Below, in pieces: positions 48,041-61,320 of a stretch of 64,000 nucleotides of DNA (its first letter is position 1; each line of letters opens with the position of its first letter). The stretch comes from Zootoca vivipara. Its lineage: Eukaryota. The translations under genes were made by a program, and so were the position numbers. The stretch lies in NCBI RefSeq assembly GCF_963506605.1, contig NC_083279.1, positions 98,332,001-98,396,000 on the forward strand, given 5' to 3'. The notes beneath the pieces are model-generated. The model ran no database searches. It was not told the DNA's origin and saw nothing but the letters and a program-made list of their open reading frames with translations.

Positions 48041-48614
48041 CACCCTTGTGCAAATTAATCGAAACAAAGCCTGTTTTCTTTCTTTCTTGTAATCCTGTAC
48101 TCAAAAAAAGCACGGAAAGTCAGTTGATCCTTATGGTGTCGGAAGCCTGCAGCCAATAGAAGGAATGATGCGCTCGCCACAATATATTGAGGTTCTACAA
48201 AAGAGAGTTATTCCAGAGCTGGAAAAGAGGTATCCTGACAGTACTACGGTAGGATATTGCAGCAGGACCTAGCCCCTGTCACACATCGAAAGTGGTGAAG
48301 AAGTTCATGTCAGAGCAGCAAATACAGGTACTTGATTGGCCAGGGAATTCCCCGGACGCAAATCCCATTGAGAATTTGTGGGCTATATGTAAAAGTTGCC
48401 TCCGTGCTGTAGACTGTACGACTATGGAGAAGCTTATTCAGGTGCTGATTCAAGTGTGGTACAGGGATCCGAAAATCAACAGTGACTCTTCGAAAAGAGC
48501 AGATTCTATGCCAATACTGCTTAAAAATAGTGGAGGTCATATCCGTTACTAATGTTCGTATATGTGAGCTTTGTACAATAAACTACATTGTTTCAATTAA
48601 TTTGCACAAGGGTG
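48041..48614 (+). mobile_element. Internally deleted Tc1 transposon with transposase C-terminal remnant
   Basis: TA-flanked TIRs cacccttgtgcaaattaat.gaaacaa; peptides QQDLAPCHTS and WPGNSPDANPIENLW (Tc1 DDE motif). Confidence 0.9.
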
Positions 48615-50249
48615 TAGATGGCTTTATAAAAAAGATTAGGCAGATTCATGGAGGGAAGGCTATCGAAGGCTACTATTTAAAAGGGTCCTTCATACACATG
48701 TGGTGGAACTGTCCTGAAATATGTAAATAGTGGAATAACATCTATGAAGAACTCAAAAAAATGTTAACATGCTCGATTAGAAAAAGACCAGCAATGTTCC
48801 TACTAAATATAATACCAGAAGAGATCAAAACAACAGAAATGATATTGTTAAGGTGTTTGATGTTTTATTATGCTTTTGTATTTGTTGGAAGTTGCCCAGA
48901 GTGGGGCAACCCAGTTAGATGGGCAGGGTACAAATAATATTTATTATTATTATTATTACTATTATTATTAGAAGTCCACAAGCAAAGCATGAGCAGAACA
49001 AAACTCTCCCCAGAAAACAAACTTCCAGTTCTCAGCAAGTGATATTTGGAAGCTTCAGTGCCTCTGACTGGGCAGCGGCAGAACACAGCCATTGACAACC
49101 TTATTCTCTGTGAATGTATCTCACCCTCTCTTAAAACCATAAGAGTTGAATTATTTTAGGCCAACAATTGTTTTGTAATCTAACTATCTGAGCCTGTGTG
49201 CTTTTCTGCGAAGTATAATGCACTTCCGGACTGTTGCAATTTGGAGGTGGAATGTGATCACATACTAGCAAATTCAGGCTGCGGAATGGATGCCGATTTT
49301 CCATTCTTGTGCAATAAACCTGCTTCTGCCCACCCACCCACTATCCCCGAATCTGATTTTCTGTGATAGGGAAAGTGATGAGGAAATGTTAGGGGAAACG
49401 TGGGCTAACAACTGCTTGACTGGAAAAAGGCAACTGACAGGGTTGAGGGGATACAGCAACTCCCCTATGGGGAAAGGTTGCAGCGCTTGCGGCCTTTTAG
49501 TTTAGATAAAAAGCAAGGGAGAGGCGACATGGTAAGAGGTTTATAAAACGATGCATGTGATGGAGAAAAGGTTTCCTTCCTCTCTCATAACATTAGAGCT
49601 TCCTTCTCTTCAAGAGTCTGCAGGATGAGGCCAATGGCCCATCTAGTCCAGCATCCTGTTCTCACAGGGGCCAACCAGGGGCCCCAGCAGACCTGAACCC
49701 AAGGGCCCCCTCCCCTCTTTCTACTACTGGGATTCAGAAGTATTGCTGCCTTCGACTGCCAAGGCAGAGCAAAGCCATCCGGACGAAGTAGTCACCTATA
49801 GCCCTCTCCTCCTCCATGAAAGGAGATTCTGACTCAGGATCAGGAAAACTTTCTGAAAGTAAGAGCTGTTCCACAGTGGAATGGCCTCCCTTGGGAGGTG
49901 GTGGACTCTCCTTCCTTGGAGGTTTCTAAGCAGAGGTTGGATGGCCATCATCTGCCATGGATGCTTGAGCTGAGATTCCTGCATTGCAGGGGGTTGGACT
50001 AGATGACCCACGGGTCATTCAATGAATTTTGTCCAACCTACTTTTCAAGCCATCCAAGCTGGTGACTTCTTCTTATTAATATTATTATTATTATTTAGAA
50101 TTTATATACCTACCGTACCTATACCTGCAGGTCTCAGGATGGTTCACAGAATAAAATCAGAATATAAAACCTCAAAATACATATGCTGCCTCCTGCGCAA
50201 TAGGGAGCCAACTGAGGTCCCTTGGGCCCTCCCGATCATATATTCTGCC

Positions 50250-51640
50250 GGGCTTTGCCATTCAAAGAGCGTGCGGCGCGTGCACCGCGCCATGTGATCG
50301 GTTCTGCGGGACGGGGCTGCCCTGCCCTGCTCTGCCCTCCCGCAACATTTCACTCAACCCGCCCCCCTCTCCTCCGGGAAGGAGTTTCCACCTTTAGACT
50401 GCGCGCTGCGCCCGAAGGGCTTTCCCCGGAGGCGCCCCGTCCCTTCCGGAGTCCCCCCCCCGGAGCCCCGGCCCGCGAAGTCTCTCCCGCTTCGCTCGCC
50501 CGCTCAGGGTCTCGCCCGGAGACTCCGCCACCGAGCAGGAAGCGCCCGCCGTCCCCCAGGCGGAGAAGGACGGCGACGGGAACCGGCGGGGCCCAGGGCT
50601 CGTCGGAGGAGCCGAATCGGGGCTGCCGCTGGCTTCCCAACTTCTCTCCGTCCCGGTGGGAAGTGGGATCTAACTGGGAGCCGAGGGGCGCCTGCGGGGC
50701 GCGCGCCCTTCCCGTCTCGGCGCGCCCTTCCCCTTCTCCGCGGCTTGGCGGGGACCCGGTCCCTGCTTCGTCGGAGCCCTTTCTTCGCCGCTGCCCGGAG
50801 GAGGAGGAGGCGGAGAAGGAGGCGGAGGCGCCTTTTCCCCGCCTCGAAGGGGCCGCCGAGCAGCGCGCCAAGCGGCTCTCCTCGCCACTGCGCCTCGCCG
50901 GACAAGAAGCGCCACAGGCTCGGGAAGAAGGAGGAAGGAAGGAAGCGAGCGAGCGAGCGAGCGCGGTTTGCTGCCTCTCCGCCCCCGCCGCCCCTACACC
51001 ATCCCCCGTGGGCGCCCCGGGCCAAGAGTCTCCCGCAGCCGCCATGCGCCCCTCGCGGCCCGCCCGTCGGGGGCGCCGCCTCCTCCTCGCCGGGCTCTGC
51101 TAAGCGCCCGCCTCGCTTCCGCCGCTCTGCTCCGGGCATGGCGGGCGCAGCAGGGGCCGCCGCGCTGCAGCCGCCGCCTCCGCCACCTCCCGCGGCCCCG
51201 CCGTCGTGGTACCACAAGGACCTGAGCCGCGCTGCGGCCGAAGAGCTCCTGGCCCGCGCGGGGCGCGACGGCAGCTTCTTGGTGCGCGACAGCGAGAGCG
51301 TGGCCGGAGCCTACGCCCTGTGCGTGCTGTGAGTGGAGGGGCGAAGAAGGGAAGGGAAGGGGCGCGCGGGAGGAAGGGGCGCGTCTCCCCCAAAACCCCG
51401 GGTAGCTTGGAGCAGGGGCGCCAACTTGAACAAAATATTTGATTTTCTTGGGGGGGGCAGGTAAGCCTCACCCCGAGGAATCGATCACCAGGCATGGCGC
51501 ACGCACGCCCTTTGAGTGGCGGTGCCCATCAACTTGGACCCCGCAAATATTTTATTGGGGGCAAGCCGAGGAGTTGGAGACCGGGGGCCGGACGGGTCTC
51601 GCCCATTCTGGCGGCGTGTGCGGTGCTGTGCCGGGACCCC
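50250..51640. promoter_or_regulatory. INPPL1: CpG island / promoter of INPPL1
   Basis: About 1.4 kb of very GC- and CpG-rich sequence surrounding the first coding exon. Confidence 0.85.
51138..51328 (+). CDS. INPPL1: SHIP2 (inositol polyphosphate phosphatase-like 1) coding exon 1, N-terminal part of SH2 domain
   Basis: [64 protein letters not shown]; donor ct|gtgagt, phase 2. Position downstream of FOLR as in human. Exon 2 not found before 64000. Confidence 0.93.
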
Positions 51641-52451
51641 CCCCCCCAAGCACTTTTCAGCCCAGAGCTAAAAAGTGGCAGATTCTCCAAACCAAACGCG
51701 CAACTTCCTCAGCGTTTGGAAGAAGAACCGCTCTCATCAAATTCCAAACCTGGGATTTCACTTCTGAAGTTTGAGATGGGGTTTTGGATTTATGGGTTTG
51801 GCGGTGCCGATCCTCTCTCTTTGCATGTTATAAGACTTTCCTGCCGGGTCTGAGTCGGGTTTCCCCGGCTCCTGTGCGTACTTTCCTAGGAGTGTGAGCC
51901 CCGCTGAACTCAACGGGGCTGGCTTACTCATGAGGAAGACTTGACTGGGATCGCGCTGTCAGACTAGTTAGCATCTCTTGCTTGTCAGATCTCCTAACTG
52001 TTGGCAGCCAAGGTACTGAAAGCCGTTGCATGTCATCTGTTGGAGGCAGTCAAATATCAGAGACGCCATTGCATGCCAGTTTTAAAGATATTGTCAGTTT
52101 TAGACAAGTCAAACGCTGGACTCAAAATGTGCTTGGGACTTAAATTTTGGGATTGGAAAAAAAGAGAGAGAATGTATGTATTTGACCCACAGAAGAAATT
52201 TGTGCAGAGTTTTGTAAGCAAATGAGGTTTCAACTGGATTGAACAATTCGGGGTTTGGGGAGAGGCCTGTAATGCTTTGAAGGACTCGGGCTACACTTTT
52301 CCTTTTGGCTGGTGCTTTTGGGAAGTTCCTGTGTCCTGAGGCAATATCCAATGTTCTCATGCTCAGAGCAGACCCACTGAAATAAACAGACCCAATTATT
52401 TTGATCAAACTGCCTGATTTGAGCCCTGTTAATGTGGGATATTGCTCCTTT

Positions 52452-52453
<2 letters not shown>

Positions 52454-52497
<44 letters not shown>
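52454..52497. repeat. (CA)n microsatellite
   Basis: Direct reading. Confidence 0.95.
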
Positions 52498-52499
<2 letters not shown>

Positions 52500-53316
52500 A
52501 AGCCTTTGATTTGGTTCTTGTTGAGTGGTGGATGGGAGGCAGAATTAAGTGCAAAGTGAGGTACAGTCTTCAAAAAGAGGTAGGGTTCTCCACACCAGAA
52601 CAATAAGGGCATTTTTGTGAACAGCCAGGAAGTGATGCTGTTAAAACAGCACTGGAAGTGAAGTTGCGAGGAGGAAAGTTCAGGAGGGCAGGACAGGCAG
52701 CCAGGCAACCGCCCAGCTAAGGAGGATTTACTGCTGAGTAAAAGAGGTATAGGGATTTTAAAGTGCTTGCCCTTTCATGTAAATATTATAAAGCCTGGAA
52801 GCTGGTTACTGACAAAGGCCGGACAGGGACTTTGGGCTTTCGGTGACCGACCATTCACTTGGATTCTCCCAATGTTTCCTGCTTGGCAGGGGGTTGGACT
52901 GGATGGCCCTTGTGGTCTCTTTCGACTCTAGGATTCTATGAATTCCTGCTTGTGCCTTAAGCAAATGAGTGGTCAAGCCATGTCAGGAGGTGAGTGCCTG
53001 TGTGTTGTCTATGTGATCCTGAGGGTGCCAAAGCAGCCACTGGAGGCTGGGGTGTGTGTGATGGGATTTGTAGTCCACAAACCATCTGGCGGGAGCCAGC
53101 AGGTTAGCGAAGGCGGCTGTCGGAGAACAATCAGTAGTGACCTCCTTTCCTTGGCTGCGCCAGAGCCTGTTAATCTTCCTGGGGGGTGGGGGTGCTTGTG
53201 TGGGTTGCCTGGAGGGTAGCAGCTGGAACTCACCCCCCCCCCCAACCTCTTTCTGCCTCTAGCAGCACCCGCATCTGTATGGCAAGCTTAATCTATAGCT
53301 GCCCTGGCATATTTCC

Positions 53317-53438
53317 CTGGGAGATCCCTGGGGGAGGCAAAGTCAGAGCATTAACTGGTACTGTAAATACCATTAACTGGTATTTTTCTGGGAGATCCCT
53401 GGGGGAGGCAAAGTCAGAGCATTAACTGGTACTGTAAA
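53317..53438 (+). repeat. 51-bp perfect direct repeat
   Basis: 53317-53367 is identical to 53388-53438. Confidence 0.9.
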
Positions 53439-53917
53439 GACACGGTGTGGATTCAGAGTGAGACCGTGGACCGAGTGCTAGGGGTTTGCAGAGAGTGTCT
53501 GTTGGGCGACCCCAAGTTAAACCACAGCCTTGTTGTTGAGATAAATTAGATGAAGCTCGTGAAGCAGTTTGTGCATCATTTTTGGGTGGGTGTGCCTGGA
53601 CATCATAGTGCCTCCTTTTGCCTGTGAATATTAAAAAGCAAAACCCTTTCAAGGGGGCTGATCCTGATTAGTAAGGAAGGCCTCTGCAGAACTGCCTGAA
53701 GCTGTCCTGCTGCAACCCCACCCCCTACTCTCAGAAGAGCACCTGTCGCGTTGGAGAGGTCACCTGTCGTCCCTGCACCTGCTCCTCCTGCTGCTAGCAG
53801 ACAGGACAGCACCAGCTGCTGCCTTGCCCCGAGATCAAGGCTTACAGCTGCGCTTTTGTGAGTTCCTGGATGCAGTCTTAGAAACTCAGATATTAATGGC
53901 TCCTTAAACCAAGGTTA

Positions 53918-54464
53918 GAAAGGTAAAGGACCTCTGACAGTTAAGTCCAGTCGCAGGCGACTCTGGGGTTGCGGCACTCATCTCACTTTTCAGGCCGAGG
54001 GACCTGACATTTGTCCGCACACAGCTTGCGGGTCATGTGGCCAGCATGACTAAGCCCCTTCTGGTGAACCGGAGCAGCACACGGAAACGCCGTTTACCTT
54101 CCCGCCGCAGCGGTACCTATTTATCTACTTGCACTTTGATGTGCTTTCAAACTGCTAGGTTGGCAGGAGCTGGGGCCGAGCAACGGGAGCTCACCCCGTT
54201 GCAGGGATTCAAACCGCCGACCTTCTGATCAGCAAGCCCTAGGCTCTGTGGTTTAATCCACAGCGCCACCTGGGTCCCTTCCTTCCCACTATAGTGGTAC
54301 CTATTTATCTACTTGCACTTTGATGTGCTTTCGAACTGCTAGGTTGGCAGGAGCTGGGACCAAGCAATGGGAGCTCACCCCATCGCGGGGATTCAAACCG
54401 CTGACCTTCTGATCGGCAAGCCCAAGAGGCTCAGTGGTTTAGACCACAGTACCACCTGCGTCCC
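53918..54464 (-). mobile_element. One-and-a-half (dimeric) Sauria SINE
   Basis: Half copy plus full copy within one 13-bp TSD taaaccaaggtta. Confidence 0.75.
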
Positions 54465-54688
54465 TAAACCAAGGTTACTGGCACCCAAACAGAATGTCTT
54501 GTTGCCATTTTGGGGCAAGACGGCTCTAAAGTCTTTATTTTTCAAATGACGGACTAACCGTGATTGATTCTCAGTTAAACATCTGGCTGATTTAGATGGC
54601 AGCCTTGAGCTAGGTTGAGAGTTTTGAGAACTTAAAGAAGAAAAGTCGCTTGATCCAGGGACAGTCCACATATATATTGGTAAGTATA

Positions 54689-55066
54689 GGGATGTGGGAG
54701 GCGCTGTGGTCTAAACCACTGAGTCTCTTGGGCTTGCTGATCGGAAGCTGGGCTGTTCAAATCCCTGCAACGGGGTGAGCTCCCATCGCTCTGTCCCAGC
54801 TCCTGCCAACCTAGCAGTTGGAAAGCACATTAAAAGTGCAAGTAGATAAATAGGTACCACTGCGGCGGGAAGGGAAACGGTGTTCCCTTGCGCTCTGGTT
54901 TCCATCACGGTGTTCCATTGCACCAGAAGCTGTTTAGTCATGCTGGCTGCGACGCGGAAAGCTGTGGACAAACACCGGTTCCCTTGGCCTGAAGCGAGAT
55001 GAGCGCCACAACGCCATAGTTGCCTTTGACTGGACTTAACCACCCAGGGGTCCTTTACCTTTACCT
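54689..55066 (+). mobile_element. Sauria/Squam1 SINE (older subfamily)
   Basis: Consensus match; TSD-like tatattggta(a/g)gt. Confidence 0.8.
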
Positions 55067-55884
55067 TTATATTGGTAGGTGAAGACAAGTTACAGCAAAT
55101 AACTTTTAATGTTGCTCACTGCTCCTGCTCAGGCTGCACAGGAAAAGCATTTTGGTTCCTGAAATCCATTCCGATTGTGCAGATAAAATATAACGGTTAG
55201 GAGTAACAGTAAGAGCTGTTCAGCAGTGGAATTTGCTACCAAGGAGTGTGGTGGAGTCTCCTTCTTTGGAGGTCTTTAAGCAGAGGCTTGGCAGCCATCT
55301 GTCAGGAATGCTTTGATGGTGTTTCCTGCTTGGCAGGGGGTTGGACTGGATGGCCCTTGTGGTCTCTTCCAACTCTATGATTCTATGATTCTACAGGATG
55401 TGGTATTAGTGTGTGAACACAGTCCTGATCCAAGGATCCCCAGGCACGCACCTCCAGATGGTGGAGACGATCAGGCACCATCCTCACTCCTAGGCATCTT
55501 CACTTAGACGGGTCATGCTCCACACACTGGCTCTGCGAAATATTTGACAGGCTCCCTGGAGGAACTGGGATGCTGGCGCTGGTTCTGTGCTTGTCAGTGG
55601 AGAGACAGTCCTCCCCCTGGGACTTGCAGTGTAAGAGGCGCGGCACAAAAGAAAAAGGGATTGGGAGGGAGAAGGAGGGGGAAGTGAATGTGGGCACAGT
55701 TGCTTAGGTGGAGTTTTTGTGATGTGCCGTGGCTCAGTGGCAGAGCAGGTGCTTTGCATGCAGAAGGTCCCTGGCAGCGTCTCCCAGTAGGGCTGGGAAA
55801 GAGAAACCCCAGGTCTCTCTTCTCTGCTAATCTCTGCTTAAGCCCCTTTGTGCCAGGAGCCCCACTGTGATCAATCAGCGCCGC

Positions 55885-56133
55885 GACAGTGGGGTGTGGT
55901 GGTTAAGAGCGGTAGACTTGTAATCTGGGGAACCGGGTTCGCGTCTCCACTCCTCCACATGCAGCTGCTGGGTGACCTTGGGCTAGTCGCACTTCTCTGA
56001 AGTCTCAGCCCCACTCACCTCACAGAGTGTTTGTTGTGGGGGAGGAAGGGAAAGGAGAATGTTAGCCGCTTTGAGACTCCTTCGGGTAGTGATAAAGCGG
56101 GATATCAAATCCAAACTCTTCTTCTTCTTCTTC
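55885..56133 (+). mobile_element. tRNA-derived SINE with (CTT)n tail (Squam3-like)
   Basis: A box gtggtggttaagagc, B-box-like gggttcg, CORE-like gggtgaccttgggc, tail ctcttcttcttc. Confidence 0.65.
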
Positions 56134-59100
56134 ATCTTGTCTGGGAACCACGTTAAGAACTTAGGAAATTATAAATCATATGGATGGAAAGAGCCCTGGA
56201 GTTGGGGTGGTTCACCTAAAGGTCATCCAGCCCAACCCCTTGTCAGGGCAGGGAACCCAGGGCAGCCCCACAGCATACAGTTACGTGGTAGCTTTCAGAG
56301 GCTGGCGAACGGGTGTGGATATTATTTGGCTTTTCCGCCTTCCGGCTTCAGAGCGGCTCTGCAATGTCCTTTGGGATAAAAACCATTGCAACGCCTACCT
56401 CACAGGGTTGTTGTGAGCACAGCGTACAGCAAGCCCATGTAAAAGAGAGCAAGGCTGCAGCTGCAAAGCTTCGAGCTCTTTGGAGACATTAATGGATAAC
56501 AAAAATCTAGGATCAGTGAAGAATTAAGGTGGAAGTTTCCTTCCTTCCTAAATGAAAAGGGCGCATTCCTCGGATACAGAGTTATCCGCCAAGCTCTGGA
56601 TCCTGTTATGCCCTCTTCCGTAGGAGTCCTTCTTCCTCCCCTTGGAATGTGGTTTCTGTTGCTTCTGGGAAGCGAGGTTTAATCACCACCCCTGGCAGTA
56701 ATTGGGGTAATTGGGTCAAGACACCTACAGAACCTCCCTTTCAATGCCTCCCGCGGCTGCCCTGGTTAAGTTTTCAACGAAGAGCGTACACCAACAGGTC
56801 TCTGTAGTACCGTATTTTGCCTTCTTCATTCACAGCATTCGTATTTCCCCTTAGCAAAAGAAAGGGTGGGGGTGGGGAGCCTGGTCCCAGACTCAACCGC
56901 TAAAGCAAAGTGCTGTGTTCAAGTCCCAGGCAGAACTTCTCTGGAGCACTTTAGGAATGTTTTGCCTGTGTCTGTAAACTACATCAGAAGACAAGGTGAG
57001 CAGCTTGGAGAGGAAATGTCTATGGCGGTCCTAACTACATTTACCCAAGAAGGAAGGCTTGTTGATTCCATTTAGGACTTACTCCTGAGTAAGCGTGCTT
57101 AGGACCGCAGCCTTAAATTCAGTACAAAGAGTTTTTGTACTGGGAGAGTTTTAAACTGTGCACACAAAAGCCACATGAGAGGCAAAGCCGTGAATAACAA
57201 CAACAACAATAATTATTAATAAACAGTTCTCCTTGGAACAAAGTCTGGTGTAAAAATAGGCACTGTGCTGCAGTGGTTAAAGTCCTGAACTAGGAATGGG
57301 ACTTTAACTCAGATCCTAAAGTCTAGCAATGCTCAATGCTGGGACTTAAATCAGTCGTGATCAGATTATGCCCCTTGTTTGCAAAGGGACTTCCATCACG
57401 ATTCATTTCAGATGAGGGAGGTGCGGGGGACCTTTGGCTCTCTAGGTGTTGCTGAACTATAACTCCCATCATGCTTGACCATGCTTGCTGGAGCTGATGG
57501 GAGTTGTAGATCAGCCGCATTTTAATCTCCCGTAGATTTCAAAGGGAGAACGAAGGATAGGCGGTGTGTAAGTTTTAAATATAATAGCATGCAAGTAGTT
57601 TTTAAAGTATGCGAGACATCAACAATATATAGCTCCGTTTGTTAGAGCGTGGTGCAGATCACGCCAAGGTTGCAGGTCCGATCCCTGTCTGGGACAGTTG
57701 CATATTCCTGCATTGCAGGGGGTTGGACTGGAGGACCCTTGGGGGTCCCACTGAAACCTCCTGTAGCTGCAAGGTGCAGGTGGGGGAATCCTGATGGTGG
57801 AGCCTTCCTGGAGTTAAAGCAATAGGTAGAGCCTTGCGGGGTCTCCATGCAAGCCACCCTGAGCCTAACAAAAACGGAGAGCGGGTTGTAAGTAAAATCT
57901 TTGTATACACAGTACATTTATATCTCGTTCCTTCTGAATTGAACTAGGGTTTCTGACTGCCAAAGCAGGGCAGCTGACAAATGAAATGGAGGTATTAGCA
58001 GCCTTGGGGGACTGAATCACCCCCAGAGTCCAAGGGGGGGGGGGACTGGGGTTGGGCAATGGATACCAAGAAGCCTGTCACGTTGAGTGTCGGCTGCACA
58101 ACTGTACGCATGAAAAGAAATAAGTAATTATAATATCACGGTTACATAGGCAGCTGTACACCAGGTGTTTTAACCCACTAGGCCCGTGGCCGTTCATTCC
58201 ATTTCATGACTTCCCCCCTACTGTTAAGGAGCTTTCACAAGAGGTAACTGGAGCTACAGTGAAATATAGTCCAAGATTGGTGCTCGTATCTATGCTATTT
58301 GCTTCCAGGGGGGAAAAAACAAACCCATTTGCAAATAATGTGGAAACAAGTTCTGAACATGTGCCATGTTCCACTGTCGTTCCAGAAGTGGACTTCACCC
58401 TGTGTGAAAGCTCATATATAAATGTGGAAATGCAAAGTGAGGGAAACGTTGTGAAAATGGAATCGGCTTAATCGTCCTTTATTTTTAATCTAATGTGGAT
58501 TGTTTGTTGCACCTTTGAGCATTCAAAGCTGCAAATTCCGCTCGGTCCTGGTGTTCCTCCTAAAAATGTAGATTTCCTGCTCCTTTCTGGCTGGTCAGAT
58601 TTTTAATAACCAGTTATTTTATTTAAATTGCGCCTTTAGTAAACATTGTTTGCTTATGGTAGAGAAAAGCTTTGGAACTTGTCTATATGGAGCCAAGGAA
58701 GCAGAGGACTGCGATGTGTGGACATGTGTCTCCCGTCAGAGGTTTGAGCTGCCTTTCTGGTCCCGATGCAACAGAGGGACCTGAATCGAATTCTTCTGGG
58801 GAAAGCTGGTCCCCGACAGCAGTGGGATTTGGGCCTCCCCAGTTCCCTCTGTCCTTAGCTCATGCAGAGGAAGAGGGACACACAGGCTTGCTGTCACACC
58901 ACAAAATCCCCCGCTATAGCAACAAACACAACAGCCAGGAAGGGGTCCCGCCTGGGAGTCTGGGCTAGATCACATTTGAGGTATCCTTTCTGCTCTGTGC
59001 CTTGCATCCTCTGAGCACAGAGGACAAAACTGTTGTGCATATTGTCTTGTGGCTATTAGTAATCTTAGAAGGACTCCCAGTTCTTTGGCTTTTGGGTTTT

Positions 59101-60399
59101 GTTTTAAATAGCAAATTGTGGCCTTTTCTTCCCGCAGAGGCAAAGGCTTTCATTCCTGCTGGCTTTTTCCTTTTTCAGCCTCCCTTCGAGAGCTTGCTTG
59201 GTTATAGCAGAGTGATGATTTGTGGGTTGTTGGTTTTTTTTGTTCTTAATACACACACAGCGTGTTTTCGTGTTTTAATACACACGCCTTAAGCTTTCCT
59301 AGGAAAGGCATGCATCTCCTCCGCCACTAAATTGTTGGTGAACTAAGACCCCCTTCCTGGGTGTTAGCCACATGATGCAAGACCTACTCAGAGTATTCCT
59401 GAGTTAGGGCATGGCTAACTCAGGTGCATTAATGACAATGGGCCTACTCTGAGTAGCTGGCTACAACCCCTTGTTTCTAATGTTGTCTAACCAGATTTCT
59501 CCAGAAAGTCCAAAAGCAAAGCAGACTTTCCTCCCAAGGTATTCTGCTCCTGTAAATGGAGGTTCTGTACACATGTTGTGGTTGAAAACCACCAATAGAC
59601 CCATCCTTCATGAGGAAGATTTATTGCCGTAATTTCATTGTAGACAGGTTATACATTGACAATAAAGGTTATTATTATTATTATTTTTATTATTATTATT
59701 TAAATGAGACTCCATTAATAATAATAACTTATGTAACTATTATTTTGGTGAGGGTCCTTAGCCACAAGGGAAAGGGAATCACGTACATATTCATGTTCTC
59801 TTTTGCTCCTACTTTGCAAGAGCCATTGCAGATGAATAAATTTATGGCTCGCTTCCTTCGGCCAGCCCTCTGCCCACACTTTCCATCCTTTCCGCCAAGT
59901 CAAGAAACATTTTTGAATGGGATTAAAATAGGAGGAGATTTCGTGTTCCTGAGATCCAACCTCTAGCTGGATCTTGGCAGGGAATTTCCTCCAGGGTTCT
60001 GGCTGAATCTCATCGGAGACGGAAAGGTTTCTCCTCCTTTCCCTTCAGCCCAGTTTACTTGTGAACATTTCATTTCCTGGGATTTAAGAGGGAGGGAGGG
60101 AGAAGCTGGTAATTTGAGGCTCCCTTTGGGCAGCCGTAGCTGGACATCTGTGTTGGTTGCCACCCACGATCACACTTTGACTCTTTAAAAACAAATCCCC
60201 CGGTCCAAGCCTGTTATTTTGTTCATGTGTCCAGGGAAGAGGTGTTCTCCAGAGTGTAATTGTGCCCCAAAACTTATTTCAGGGACGTTGTTTTTGGTGA
60301 AAGTGAAGTTGCGCCTCTGTGCATGTGCAGAGATGGTTGTTGTTGTTTTTTAAAGCTATAAATTAATGCATTACTAAATAAACCCTCTAGGGTTTAGAG

Positions 60400-60535
60400 C
60401 AGGCACCCCCAAACTTCGGCCCTCCAGATGTTTTGGACTACAATCCCCATCATCCCTGACCACTGGTCCTGTTAGCTAGGGATCATGGGAGTTGTGGGCC
60501 AAAACATCTGGAGGGCCGCAGTTTGGGGATGCCTG
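60400..60535. mobile_element. ~135-bp hAT MITE
   Basis: Perfect TSD gtttagag. Confidence 0.85.
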
Positions 60536-60986
60536 GTTTAGAGGCTGGGGTCCCAGGTTAGAGGGTGTGATTTCACTAGCCACCGAACCCTCTTTCTGAA
60601 AAGGCATTGTTTGTGTGTGTGTGTCTTCTGAAGATAATGTCCCTCTGTGGTTTATGACTCTCCCAGCTCTGGAGGTTCTGCCAAAGTCCAGGACATCTCC
60701 TTGCAACCAAACCGACATAAGACAGTTTTTATTTAAGGCACCTATTTAGTGGCAACAGATAAATGTAGGTTTGTTTCAGTGGGTAATTTATATATAGATA
60801 CAGCTGTTTTGCATGTTACGGGTTTTCAGTTGCCTTTGAGAAAATTGTGCGTTTAAAGATATGTTTACCAGTTCTGAGCCTGAATGGCCCCCAGGCTAAA
60901 GAGCTCTCGAGCCCCTCCAACTAGCAATTTTTCCTGCTGCGATCCTCACTTGAAACCGCAAGCCATCCCAGCTACTCTCGGTGAGG

Positions 60987-61320
60987 TAGAATCATAGAAT
61001 CGTAGAGTTGGAAGAGACCACAAGGGCCATCCAGTCCAACCCCCTGCCGAGCAGGAAACATCATCAAAGCATTCTTGACATATGCCTGTCAAGCCTCTGC
61101 TTAAAGACCTCCAAAGAAGGAGACTCCACCACACTCCTTGGTAGCAAATTCCACTGCCGAACAGCTCTTACTGTCAGGAAGTACTTCCTAATGTTTAGGT
61201 GGAATCTTCTATCGTGTAGCTTGAATCCATTGTTCCGTGTCCGCTTCTCTGGAGCAGCAGAAAACAACTTTTCTCCCTCCTCTATATGACATTCTTTTAT
61301 ATATTTGAACATGGCTATCA
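60987..61320 (-). mobile_element. Young CR1 3' fragment
   Basis: Same family as 9750-10161. Confidence 0.9.

Noticed and set aside
50222-51217. Long overlapping ORFs (293, 237 and 231 aa) in the INPPL1 CpG island
   Set aside because: Low-complexity Pro/Arg/Ala/Gly frames expected from stop-codon scarcity in GC-rich DNA; non-ATG starts or antisense; no domain.
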